Origin: Laetmonice hystrix
Lineage: Eukaryota
Direction of reading: 5' to 3'
Assembly (NCBI GenBank): GCA_965235115.1
Contig: OZ249447.1
Span: 2,542,001 to 2,606,000 of the forward strand
Length of the DNA: 64,000 bases
Shown here: piece by piece, positions 1 through 12,190 of the stretch
Position numbering within the stretch: position 1 is the stretch's first letter
Layout: each line of letters opens with the position of its first letter
The notes under the pieces: model-generated
Databases searched by the model: none
What the model was told of the DNA's origin: nothing
The model's input: only the letters and a program-made list of their open reading frames with translations
Position numbers and translations under genes: made by a program

Positions 1-108
1 CCCTGCGGCAGGCTACTTGACCGTGAGTAGTATGGTCAGAATGGCCCCTGCGGCAGGCTACCTGACCGTGAGTAGTATGGTCAGAATGGCCCCTGAGGCA
101 GGCTACTT
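1..108. repeat. About 45-bp direct repeat x2.4 (truncated by window start)
   Basis: CCCTGCGGCAGGCTAC..GACCGTGAGTAGTATGGTCAGAATGGC repeated. Confidence 0.85.
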
Positions 109-162
109 TAATGGGACTTGGTGGCGGTCAGTGCTCGGCGGAGCGCACTGGTCCGGCCGGTT

Positions 163-268
163 GATTTAACTGCCGGCAGTCTCAAGGTGACATGGACCGC
201 CACATAACGGAGAACGATTTAACTGCCAGCAGTCTCGAGGTGACATGGACCGCTACATAACGGAGAAC
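163..268. repeat. 53-bp tandem duplication
   Basis: GATTTAACTGCC..CAGTCTC.AGGTGACATGGACCGC.ACATAACGGAGAAC x2. Confidence 0.9.
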
Positions 269-704
269 CGCGGCCATTGTGACGCTCCCAACTCGGGAAC
301 ACCGATGGAGAAAACAGCAGCATTAGTCACTCCGACTCGAGGCTCGACCTGCCCTTGAATTGACTGGATTTAACGACACCAGGAAATCGAACATTAATCT
401 CTTGGGTGAATGTCGGGGGTGTGGGCTGAGGCCGAGCGGGGAATGCGGTCTGCAGATAGCATTCAGGTTCCCTACCCTGCTATTGTACGCCTTGTAACGG
501 GCGTGAAAAAAATACCCAATGAGCAAGCCACTACGTCTTAATGCCCGGGATAGATTTACGTGGCATGACCGCGAGCAATTGGCGTTTTCATTTCGGCGCG
601 ACTGTAGCGAACTGAGCTAATATTTACAGCGGAGATGATCATCGGCTAGGAGATTGGCGACCAGATGAGATGGTGCTGAAGTACCGCTTGTCTCGCTGCT
701 CTGG

Positions 705-1290
705 CCGCCCGACCCACACATGCCGACCGGCCCCCGCACGGCCCCCGCCCGGCCCTATACCCGGCCGGCCGACCCACACACCGGCCGACCGGCCCCCGCC
801 TGGCCCTATACCCGGCCGCCCGACCGGCCCCCGCACGGCCCTATACCCGGCCCCCCGACCCACACACCGCCCGGCCCCCGCCCGGCCCTATACCCGGCCC
901 TATACCGGCCCACACACCGCCCGGCCCCCGCCCGGCCCTATACCCGGCCCCCGTTCGGCCCACACACGGACCGGCCCCCGACCGGCCCTATACCCGGCCC
1001 CCCCCCGGCCCATGCACACACCGACCGGCCCCCGCCCGGCCCTATACCCGGCCGCCCGATCCACACACCGACCGGCCCTCGCCCGGCCCTATACCCGGCC
1101 GCCCGACCCGGACACCGACCGGCCCCCCGACCCACACACCGACCGGCCGCCGCCCGGCCCTATACCCGGCCCCCGCCCGGCCCCCGCCCGGCTGCCGCCT
1201 GGCCCTATACCCGGCCGCCCGACCCACACACCGCCCGGCCCACACACCGCCCGGCCCCCGCCTGGCCCTATACCCGGCCGCCCGTACACA
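705..1290. repeat. C-rich compound minisatellite
   Basis: Reshuffled modules CCCGCCCGGCCCTATACCCGGCC and CCCACACACCGACCGG; source of the Pro-rich pseudo-ORFs. Confidence 0.95.
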
Positions 1291-1449
1291 TTCCCATACA
1301 GTCTATATTGTTTGCATGTTGGTTGGTTGAGAAATATTCTCTTTTTTCTGTCTCAACCCTCTGCCCTTTACAAGACCATCTCTGAAAATTCATAATGTCG
1401 ATTTTTATGAAAAAAGGGCAGTGGTCATGTGTGCATATAGTACGGTTGC

Positions 1450-1832
1450 TTAACCGGGGCCGCGTAAGTACATTATGCAGGCATCATTAAGGGACAAGAA
1501 TATACAGAACGTTGCCTTTACCTATAACTATTACGTATTGACGCACTTTTAGGCGCATATCTGGGGCATTTTCTAATTTCCTTCGTGAAAACTAATATTC
1601 ACCTATAGCGCACCCACGCAGGTGGGCCAATATTCACATACATGTGGGCAAAAGAATATTGTGGGGACGTTAGCATGGGGGAATCACCGCCACAGGTGTG
1701 CACACTGACTGGTTACTCAAAGGACTCTTCGTGAAGTGCAAGTTGTTCTGGCTCGAGGGGGATTCGAACCCAGACGTGAGAGACCCTTTTGGTCAACGAG
1801 CCAAATGCTTACCAATGCGCCACTGATGCGCC
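1450..1832 (-). mobile_element. tRNA(Asn)-derived SINE-like element or tRNA pseudogene (body extent uncertain)
   Basis: Minus strand GTGGCGCATTGG (A box), TTTGG-CTCGTTGA-CCAAA (anticodon arm with GTT, 8-nt loop), GGTTCGAATCC (B box); acceptor stem broken and variable region expanded. Confidence 0.65.
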
Positions 1833-3235
1833 AAAATATTTCTGCAAATCAGAAACAATAGAAAATGGCAGTTTGGCTTCTTAATGAGTTAGCAAAGCAG
1901 AAGGAATACGGCAAACTACCAATATGGTGGTGTGTAGGGCCACTAACATGGTTCGGTGGGTTACCACTAGATGTCGACACCTCTGTACCTCGCCGCCGTC
2001 AGCTGTGTGCATCATTTTAAATTTTCTCTCTGACAGCTTGCAGTTCTCCACGTCCTGTTGTTTGTGTTGACAGTATTCTCAGAGCTAATGTGGTTTAAAC
2101 ACCTCTGATACTTAAATCATTTTTTACGTTTGTTATTTCATACAAACGTACCAGGTGTGTCCAATGTCAGGAAAACTATATAGGCCTACATGTATGCTAC
2201 ATGTATATATCTTATATATCATCACTGATAGTATCACATAATTCATTTCGATTTTTTTACAAATGCGTTATTATTTCCATAAAGACTGGCTTACAATATT
2301 TGAATCCTACTTACTTCTCAATAGGTGAACAACGAACTAATCAGAGTATATTATAACGTGTAGCTGACAAGGCTAGGCCTATACTTGTTTTGTTTGAAAT
2401 CTATTCTTGGATCACATTTTTCTTTCTATATAGGCCTACAGTACGAAATGCTGTTGCTGAGCTACAATAATTGCCAAAACTAAACTGAAACTAGAATTGA
2501 CACTAGGTGGCACTGGCGGCAACTTCAATCCCGACTGGGCCATGCTAATGCTGCCCCCTGGTGTTATAAAGTTGAAACACCCCGACCGTACTAACCCTGA
2601 CATAGTGACTATCATGCTTTGATGCCAATTATAATCCCCTGGTCATTAAGTCTACACTTTGTAGAAGAAGGAGGTGAAAATTAGCAGCAATTACACTAAG
2701 ATGTTTGTTGAATGTATCAAACACCTAGATAGAGAGGTCTACCCTGTCTGAGAGAGTCATGAACCGGCTGTGAGCCCGAACAGTCGGGGCAGTCGGGGAA
2801 GTAGGAGCAGTAGGAGCGGTAGATTCTAGTTCTGCATGATTACAACATTTTGTAGTTGTTGGATTTATCAAGCAGATATAGATGCCGTGTTTCAGGTGTT
2901 CCGGGTAAGCACGACCATACCGAGGGACGAACGGCTGGTTCAATCAGGGGAGGGGGTCCTTTACGGGCCTATATTTTAACTGGCCAGAATCCTGACAAAT
3001 ATTATTACAATGTGTCAAAGAATGTAGTGTAGGCCTACATTATAGTTCGGCTTAGGTTTAATACTTTGGATAACAATCATATCTGTATCTGATAGGACCT
3101 CCAATACGATGGCCTCGATATCTGGGGCCTCACATCGGAAATCTCACAAACTGTGATACAGTGTGATAGCGCCTGCCACCGTCCAGTGGCGCCACCTATC
3201 GCACGACCCTACAGATACATTTTTTCCTGGCGTCA

Positions 3236-3420
3236 GTGAGTGCGCCTGCGCAGCCCCGCCCCCTACTGACGCCCCGCCTGGCACGCGCCCTGCCATTGTC
3301 TCCGGCCATCTGTGGGCATCCATGGGCAGCGATAGGCGGGGTCGATCGGTGCGGGAATCAGGCAATCAGAGCCGTGGACGGCCGGGTGAGGGGCTGGGGG
3401 CGGGGCCATCGAGGTGTCAA
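3236..3420 (+). promoter_or_regulatory. Candidate distal TATA-less promoter
   Basis: NRF1-like TGCGCCTGCGCA at 3241; GC boxes at 3253, 3271, 3335 and 3397; CAATC motifs; CpG-rich. Confidence 0.5.
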
Positions 3421-3449
3421 TCAATGAATGCCAGCACAGCGCACGGCCT

Positions 3450-3928
3450 CCTCAGACGGCAGGTCGGCGGTCCCATGTCCTCGGCGGGGGCGGCGAAATG
3501 ACGGCAACTCAACCGGCCAGCTCTCCACCACCACAACACAAGTGAAGCAGAGTGCATCACCCCCTCCCTCCCTCCCATCAACAATCCATCTCCCCATCTG
3601 TCTCAGCACCCGCCCTGTGTATCACGTCCTGCCTACTCTACCAGTCCAACTGCGCACGCCTGCGACCGGAGCGAGAGCACTCAGACCCTGCCTCCTGGTT
3701 ATAGAGGCGTCGTGTAGACCCGTGTGATCGTACACTCAGACTTCAGCTGGCTGACACCACCTCTCACAGATAGATCTCAAAACGAGCGGCTTTGGGCAGA
3801 GTTTACACCGGATGTGTGACTTGACGATCGCCCGTGGAGAAACACTTTGACTTAACGTGCCCGATTCGTCGTCCAGAGCTCGCGTGGCCATCAGCGGGCT
3901 GCAGTTCGGCGGAGATCGGAGATCACAG
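3450..3928 (+). other. Candidate distal non-coding first exon (start approximate; alternative donor at 3977)
   Basis: Donors CAG|GTAAGA (3928/3929) and AGG|GTGAGT (3977/3978) downstream of the GC-box cluster. Confidence 0.45.
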
Positions 3929-4406
3929 GTAAGATAACAATTGAGCGTTCGCATGCAGTTGTCAGGTCGACCAGAGGGTGAGTACGTGCCGTGGTGGCAC
4001 ACATACAGGTCTGCGGCGTCTGTACCACCATTAGATCTGGCAGGAGGTTGAACTCTCCCAGCCGACCACGGAGGCGGTCCTCAGGCCGCGCTGGTCGCAC
4101 TAATCCACAGCTAATCGGGTCGGCATGTCGGGCGATACGGCAATCAGGGCGGCTCGGAGACGTTTATCGTGTCGTATTATCGGCAGATCGTCTCCCTGCC
4201 GACTGATAACAACGGCTACGCTAACAAGGATCTAATACACGGATACAAAGATCGTATAATGGTCATCGAGATATCTCAAGATAATCAACGATGATCTTTA
4301 CAAGCATGGCGATGTAGGAATTATCAGACGTACTTAGAGCTAATCATGTGTTAACATCAGCCAGTTCAAGAAAAGCTTATTGACTGAGCGTAGATGGGCA
4401 CAACTT

Positions 4407-4486
4407 ATCAGATTTAAAGGTTGTGCTATGATATCAGATTTAAAGGTTGTGCTATGATATCAGATTTAAAGGTTGTGCTATGATAT
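4407..4486. repeat. 26-bp tandem repeat x3
   Basis: ATCAGATTTAAAGGTTGTGCTATGAT. Confidence 0.95.
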
Positions 4487-4894
4487 ACAGGTAAAAGAGC
4501 CACAAGATGTGATCAGAGATACAGAATTATCGATGGAGATAGTAAATATTTTATTATTTGAAAACCACAAACTTAGATTAGATATTCATCAGTGTTGAGG
4601 CATATTTCACTCAGCGAGAGTTGCAGTCAGTTTCACCATAGAGTCTATATTGACTCTATGGTTTCACTCAGCGAGAGTAACTACTGTTGCAGTCAGTACT
4701 CGGCCAGTGTTTTGATGAGTTCCACTGATCACTCCACCAACACGTGTATAGTCAGGTGGGAATCTGTCTCAATACACCTACACTCCCTCATATATATAGA
4801 GAACTCCTCAACTGTTATAACCTCCCCCTTCTCCTCCTGCGGCCGTGTCCGGGGCAGTACAAGCGCCAGGTGACGTGGAGTGGGGCGTCTCTCT

Positions 4895-5085
4895 GCCACT
4901 CCGCGTCTCTATCTCTCTCTGTCTCTCCCTGTCTCTATGTGTCTCTCTGTGTCACTATTTGTCTCTCCCTCTGTGTCTCCAGGCCCTATGTGTCTGTCCG
5001 CCTCTCTCTGTCTCTCTGTCTCTCTCTCTGTCTCTCTCTCTCTGCCTCTCCGTGTGTCTCTGTCTCTCACTGTCTCTGTCTCTCT
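4895..5085. repeat. (CT)/(CTGT) microsatellite
   Basis: Imperfect polypyrimidine TC/TG repeat. Confidence 0.9.
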
Positions 5086-5669
5086 CAAACTTCCTGTTGT
5101 CGCCCGTCATGACGATCCGAGCCGTCGATTCACTCCACCATTCACCAGCCCACCGTTAATGTGCCCCCATGTCGGACCGGCGCTCAACAAACCCCGAGAT
5201 AATGTAGTTAAAGTGCGTGCCACTCAATCATCTTTTATAACACAACAGTCGGGACACAATAGATCTATATACACGAGTGCGTGCAGTGCCCACACTAGCT
5301 GCTGCGGGATGCTGACGAGGCCAAACTTTTGAAATGCACCCCGATGTTTGTTTTATGGCTATAGGGGAAAATTGTACTTTCCTTTTGAGTTCCATCTTAC
5401 AGGTATAGTTGTGCGGATCTCAGAAAATAATATTTCTCATTTTTAAGTGAATGGAACTATGGTCTGTGATCGTTTTCAGAGCTGATTGTTGATCTATACC
5501 GAGGAGTATGAACAGTTGTGCTTTAAAAACCATGCAACAATGAGGGCACACCGCTGTTTCACGCATCGTGCGGGGCTTTACCCAAGGCCTTACGTTTAGT
5601 GCTGCAGACTGGGTGGGTTGGGCGATGACATGGACGGGTACGGGCTGCGACCGCCTTGCGTGATGGAAC

Positions 5670-6200
5670 CCCGGCCGGGGTGAGGGGCTCCTGGTGCCGG
5701 GGGGAAAGGCCCGCGGTGCCGGGGTGAGGGGGCCTGGGGGCCGGGGTTAGTGGCTCCTGGTTCCGGGGGGAGAGGCCCCTGGTGCCGGGGTGAGGGGCTC
5801 CTGGTGCCGGGGGGAGAGGCCCCTGGTGCCGGGGTGAGAGGCCCGTGGTGCCGGGGTGAGGGGGCCTTGGGGCCGGGGTGAGGGGCGCCTGGTGCCGGGG
5901 TGAGGGGCCTTGGGGCCGGGGTGAGGGGCTCCTGGTGCCGGGGTGAGAGGCCCGTGGTGCCGGGGTGAGGGGGCCTTGGGGCTGGGGTGAGGGGCTCCTG
6001 GTGCCGGGGTGACAGGCCCGCGGTGCCGGGGTGAGGGGGCCTTGGGGCCGGGGTGAGGGGCTCCTGGTGCCGAGGTGAGAGGCCCGTGGTGCCGGGGTGA
6101 GGGGCTCCTGGTGCCGGGGTGAGAGGCCCCTGGTGCCGGGGCGAGGGGCTCCTGGTGCCGGGGTGAGAGGCCCGCGGTGCCGGGTGAGGAGAGCTTGGTG
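5670..6200. repeat. G-rich minisatellite, about 22-bp unit
   Basis: GGTGAGGGGCTCCTGGTGCCGG and variants, about 24 units. Confidence 0.95.
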
Positions 6201-7059
6201 CCCAAGTGAGGGATGCCCACGTGAGGGGGCCATGTCGGCCGGGCTTGGGGAAGGTGGTGGCTATATATTTCATGCCCTACCCTCCGCGGTCGGAGCTCCA
6301 GGTATACTTCCCACGTTACCGAATAGACTATACATAGACTTGTCATTGTCATGCAGACATTAAGAAGTTACAGATTCCTCGTAGCCATGACAATAAGGTG
6401 AAGGCGAAGTCCCACTACCTTGTATGCATAGTCTCAAAACTTTCATATCCATAAGCTTATAGCCTGAAAAAGTGAATAGTATACGGTAGCATACAATGAG
6501 CATACAATGAGGTAGAGGGAGACTCTGCCAGCTCATTCAGCTCGTTCGGCGGGCTCACGAGTGGTCACACTAACCAGGGTTAGGTGTCCGTTCTCAGGCG
6601 CCACCACGCGGTATAAATGTACACTAAAGTGAGGGTGTCGCACATGTTACCTTACGTACAGAGTCTTACCGTGGTACGATAACGTGTACTGTTATTGTGT
6701 GCAGTTATTAACTATGTTTGGATAAGTCAACCTTTCTCCGATCGTTTCTCCGTGAGAAAACACCGGAATCCTTTCATCAGTCCAGCTATACGCTCACCGA
6801 AATACTTCCACAAAGAAAGATCCCCCTCCGCCAGTAGCCTAACAGTTCCATCTACACGTAGAAATCCCTTTATCTGCCCAACAGACATCTAAAAGTCGAT
6901 AATCACATCAAGTATTATCCTTATCCAGATCTACGCTATAGTAATACCCGTAATCTCCTTCAAGTACCATATCCCTTATACTACAACTGAGATGCGGGCA
7001 TGTGGTGGACATTAGGCGACCACCAACCTGCCAGCGGGAGAACAACTTTGAAAGGTTCC

Positions 7060-8159
7060 ACCAGTTCAGGGAGCGAACCCAGATAATGTTAGAAAGATAT
7101 CGCCAACTGTTGAGACCAGTTCAGGGAGCGAACCCGGGTAATGTTAGAAAGATATCGCCAACTGTTGAGACCAGTTCAGGGAGCGAACCCAGATAATGTT
7201 AGAAAGATATCGCCAACTGTTGAGACCAGTTCAGGGAGCGAACCCAGATAATGTTAGAAAGATACCGCCAACTGTTGAGACCAGTTGAGGGAGCGAACCC
7301 AGATAATGTTAGAAAGATATCGCCAACTGTTGAGACCAGTTCAGGGAGCGAACCCAGATAATGTTAGAAAGATATCGCCAACTGTTGAGACCAGTTCAGG
7401 GAGCGAACTCAGATAATGTTAGAAAGATATCGCCAACTGTTGAGACCAGTTGAGGGAGCGAACCCAGATAATGTTAGAAAGATATCGCCAACTGTTGAGG
7501 CCAGTTCAGGGAGCGAACCCAGATAATGTTAGAAAGATATCGCCAACTGTTGAGACCAGTTCAGGGAGCGAACTCAGATAATGTTAGAAAGATATCGCCA
7601 ACTGTTGAGACCAGTTGAGGGAGCGAACCCAGATAATGTTAGAAAGATATCGCCAACTGTTGAGGCCAGTTCAGGGAGCGAACCCAGATAATGTTAGAAA
7701 GATATCGCCAACTGTTGAGACCAGTTCAGGGAGCGAACCCAGATAATGTTAGAAAGATATCGCCAACTGTTGAGACCAGTTGAGGGAGCGAACCCAGATA
7801 ATGTTAGAAAGATATCGCCAACTGTTGAGACCAGTTCAGGGAGCGAACCCAGATAATGTTAGAAAGATATCGCCAACTGTTGAGACCAGTTCAGGGAGCG
7901 AACTCAGATAATGTTAGAAAGATATCGCCAACTGTTGAGACCAGTTCAGGGAGCGAGCCCAGATAATGTTAGAAAGATATCGCCAACTGTTGAGACCAGT
8001 TCAGGGAGCGAACCCGGATAATGTTAGAAAGATATCGCCAACTGTTGAGACCAGTTCAGGGAGCGAACCTAGATAATGTTAGAAAGATATCGCCAACTGT
8101 TGAGACCAGTTCAGGGAGCGAACCTAGATAATGTTAGAAAGATATCGCCAACTGTTGAG
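7060..8159. repeat. 55-bp tandem array x20
   Basis: GAGACCAGTTCAGGGAGCGAACCCAGATAATGTTAGAAAGATATCGCCAACTGTT; near-identical copies. Confidence 0.98.
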
Positions 8160-8929
8160 AATTTGTTTTGTCAACACGGGTTGATACTTATCATGGTAAC
8201 CTTTGCTATCGTCCGTGCCGACACGTGGATGGAGAGGGTGAGAGGACGCTGGGAGCGATAGATCGCCACATCAAGATACCACCCCCACCCCCCTCAAACA
8301 CCCCAACCACGGGCTGCGTCTCACCCTTATATTCCGGCGTTCAGGGCACACGTTGATTGTGTAATGTTATTGTTTCCAAGGTTCATTATCTCTGAGGCTA
8401 CATCTCAGGCGCGTTCCAAAGTTCATATCTCTGAGGCCATATCTCAGGCGCACCGCTGCCTTCGGGCCGTTTTTTTTTTATTACCCAGAAACATGACTGG
8501 GAGAGAAAATAAAACATGCTTTGTATGTTGTCATAATATCTGCATTTAATTGTGGTATTATAATATAATCCGATAACTGTTTAACACGTGTTTTCCTAGA
8601 TATCTGGGATAGGCTCCAATAAACGAAGGCAGCCACACTTATACAGACACTTACAATAGGGCTAGAGATAAGGAAAGTAGACTTGACTTTGTCCTTCTTA
8701 AAAAGGTTTGATATAAATCTTTCAGATATAACCCCCCCCCCCTCGTGCCGTCGTCTGCCCTCGGTATATAATGGTACATCCAGGGGTGCCGTGAATGTTT
8801 ATTTGAACTTTTATACCTGACTCTGTGGGTTGGCCATATACACGTATGTAAATGTGAGAGTTGGGAATTAAACTCGGTGTGGTCCATGTGGTGGCTGTTG
8901 AAATGTCTGACGTTAAGCTTTACAACCCG

Positions 8930-9167
8930 GCGGTTGAGCCATTGGTCGCCAGCCCGCTGACCGTCAGACTGTGCAGGTATTTGACGGTCACGGCTTCCCC
9001 TGTCCCTGACACCGGTTGAGCCATTGGTCGCCAGCCCCCTGACCGTCAGACTGTGGATTTAGTTGGCGGTCACGGCTTCCCCTGTCCCTGACACCGATCC
9101 AGCCCGCTGACCGTTAGACTGTGCAGTTATTTGACGGTCACGGCTTCCCCTGTCCCTGTCACCGGTT
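8930..9167. repeat. About 80-bp tandem repeat x3 (imperfect)
   Basis: CCAGCCCGCTGACCGTCAGACTGTG...GACGGTCACGGCTTCCCCTGTCCCTG. Confidence 0.9.
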
Positions 9168-9937
9168 GATTCACGCCCCCCCCCCCGTGCCTCCCCTCGG
9201 TCGGTCCGGCTCATCCATACCTGAGCCCGGCTCAGCGCCCTCACTGACCGGCCACTGGTGTCAGTCGGCGGGTGTGATGTCGGCAGACTCCGTCCTAACG
9301 GTCAAGGCGGCTCTGCATGTCACCCAGCCCTGGCAGCTTCCACAAACATGGCCTGGAACCGTTTACATTTGATGAGTGTAATCTGCTCACTGCACAACAA
9401 CGGTCCCTTAATCCTCTTACCGGGCCATGGGCCGCCATGTCCCCGTTAAAAAGTCGCGGCGCTGTCGGCCGGCCTGCCTGACCAATGTTTACAATACACC
9501 TGTCTGGAAACGGTCGGCCGTGGACAAACAAACCCCTCAAGTAGGTGAGAATAGCAAAACACGCAAATGACACTGCTACTGTGTGAAAACTGCGGGTTTC
9601 AGAGAAAATATTTGGAAATGGCACAAAATGCATGGCACAGCCGCGGGTCGTACGGGGCTCACATACATACATCGGTTAACTTGGAATAAAAATTATCATG
9701 ATCATATTATTATAAATCGGGCTGTTAAAGTATCGATGTTGAGGGTTGAGATGTAACTTTACGTCGGTTTGAGAGCATGGTCGGACTCAGGTTTCCAGTC
9801 TCGACCACGTGGCCGGAACAGAATTTGAAACCATCTCTTTGAGAGGAGGAAGTTGGGGTTTGACGGTGGAGGGTGTGGTTGGGTTTCACATGTGTCTCCA
9901 ACAGTCACCGATCTGTTAATTAAAGATAAAACGGCCA

Positions 9938-10030
9938 TAACATGACGTTTCCTGTGGGTGTAGGCCCTACCCTCGGCGGAGGCCCCAACATGACGTTTCC
10001 TGCTGTGGGTGCAGGCCCTACCCTCGGCGG
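9938..10030. repeat. About 50-bp tandem duplication
   Basis: ACATGACGTTTCCTG..TGGGTG.AGGCCCTACCCTCGGCGGA x2. Confidence 0.85.
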
Positions 10031-11849
10031 AAGACGGTGTCCGGTCCGTCCGTCCTGCAGCCGGCCGGGGGTGGCAATGTCCACCCCTCGCCGCGGGTAG
10101 TTGTGTCCACCCCACCCGGCGTTCCTTTGGTCTAACCCCGACCTAACCTTGACATCACACCCGATATAACGATCCAAGTTTCGACTGCCGCGGTTATCAC
10201 AGCAGTTCCGTCATTTCTCTCTCACACAGAGAAATCGTCTCAACATTAGAGAAGAACTTCCTTGTTTATACTGTAGCTTGTATATAATACAATTCTATCA
10301 CATTCATCACCTTCAAAGAAATCAGAGGAAACGGCGCAATCACAGACGTTATATAATGTAAAGTTTCTCAAACAGGAGAGCAGAGATTGCAACCATACGA
10401 TGCAGTGAATCCAACTTGTTACTAAACTCCCCCAAAACGATCGTAATCAACAAATAAATTATTACCCTGCAAAAAGGCGAAGTGAACCTAGAATACAAAT
10501 ACAATTAATAAACAACTTCACGGATGGCGACCGACATTTTAACCGTTATATTATATGAGTGGAGCGTTGAGAGATGAAGGAGGTACTTTTTTTTATATGA
10601 TATATGCAAGTTAAATGTGTCACCCTGACATTATAAACATCTATTATAAAATTCTTTTGTAATCCACCCAAGAAGCTATAGCATTATGAAGGTAACATAA
10701 ATCAGCACGCGCCGTTTGGCGTCAGTTACTCGACTGCGGTAAGGTTTGTCTGGGTCAGGCCAAGTTTAAAAAAATACATTATGTCATGATTTCATCCGAG
10801 GTGGTAATAAATCTGAAGTAATATAAATGTAATATATGTGCCAGCCCGTCGACCGCCAACAAGTGGAGATTTGGCAGCGGCCAGGGCTGTTCCTCTTGTA
10901 ATTATGTTGTTACTCCGGACTTTGCTGTCTGGAGAATCCCCAGCAAACGGTCGACATGACAAACCAGATGGTTTGTCTCGGCTTACTGGAATTGTTACAT
11001 AATCTTGTTACCCCTCCCATCCCGTAAACTAGCCGGGTGAAGCGTGCGATGGACGGTTACCCCGTGATTAGGAGTTAGCGGGGTACGGTGGGCTGACCCC
11101 ACCCACTATGCTGGACTGAGGGTGGGCCCAGCAACAGTCGGCGGACTGACATTCTAACACGGCGCCATAAACATGACACGTTATCCATAACGCTCATTAA
11201 AACATTAACATTACATAAGGAATTACTACCTTCAAGCCTACAGCATGGCAGTCTCCAGCAATGTTACTTTACAACCTACTCTTTTATTCTCTCTTTAGAA
11301 TTTTTTAACCGTTTTTTTCAAATAGGAGAAATACAACGTTATTTTATTTTCTTAAACTTATAGGAATGATATGTTAAAATATAGCCAGAGTTTATGATAT
11401 TGTGAAGTTGGGTTTCTGATGCGGGAATGGGTATCGAGGTTGGCATCGTGCAAAGTCATTTTGATCGGAGGCAGCGATAGCCACAGATAGGACTGGATAA
11501 GACGAGGTATTTAACGGCACACAGCAGTGCCAATCTTCGCGCACAGCTATCATTGGTGGTGACACCAAAAACCACTTTCCTGCCAGGTCGTCCGACGACC
11601 TTCTCCTTTACCTCGCCACGTCAACCGTCAGTCCTAGCAACCTTTTGTCGTCAACTTAAAGTAAGGAAACTCGTCCTCGAACTCCGCTTAAAGAGGACGC
11701 GAGGTTTAAACCGGTTACCATACGGAGATGGTTTACATGGCCGACAATGACCGTCAATGTAAGCTATTGATCATTGCTCTAAGTAAAACTTGAAAAGATA
11801 GGCTCGACGTTTTTCTTGATTTTTTTTTCTATTCGTCAGTGGTCTGGCA

Positions 11850-12190
11850 GTTTGATTGGCACGACCCGAATTGTTGAAGCATCCTGCGTATAATATTAAA
11901 CCAATCAGGGCGGAGATATGTGAGGCGCTGTCGCCATTATGTCAATATCAACAATGTAATACGGACCATGATTGGCCATTAATGCACGCGTCGCGCCGCT
12001 GGGGCCGCCATGCATGGCGAGTGGCGCCGGGACCGGCGGGAAGAACCATCAGTGGGGCAGTCAGCCAGCGAGCCACGGCCAGGCCAACCACAGCTCCACT
12101 AACTACACCCCCTCCCAGCCAACCCACCCCCACCCCCACCCTCCCACCTACCCGCCCAGTCCGCCAGCCAAGCAGTGTTCCTCACTTGGC
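11850..12190 (+). promoter_or_regulatory. Candidate proximal promoter
   Basis: Three CCAAT boxes (ATTGG 11855, CCAAT 11901, ATTGG 11971), GGGCGG at 11908, CpG-rich. Confidence 0.55.

Noticed and set aside
639-1395. Pro/Arg-rich ORFs up to 241 aa
   Set aside because: Open in many frames on both strands because the GC-rich minisatellite lacks stop codons; no domain or splice context.
1752-1832. Functional tRNA gene
   Set aside because: The acceptor stem does not pair, the anticodon loop is 8 nt and the variable arm is abnormal; kept as SINE-like or pseudogene.
4744-5332. Ser/Leu/Cys-rich ORFs
   Set aside because: Translations of the CT/GT microsatellite.
5559-6363. Collagen- or extensin-like ORFs of 200-225 aa
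   Set aside because: All three minus-strand frames are open over the 22-bp repeat; no Gly-X-Y register.
7060-8159. CRISPR-like array
   Set aside because: Head-to-tail identical units with no unique spacers, no cas genes and a eukaryotic context. The same applies to the arrays at 46.0, 58.5 and 61.8 kb.
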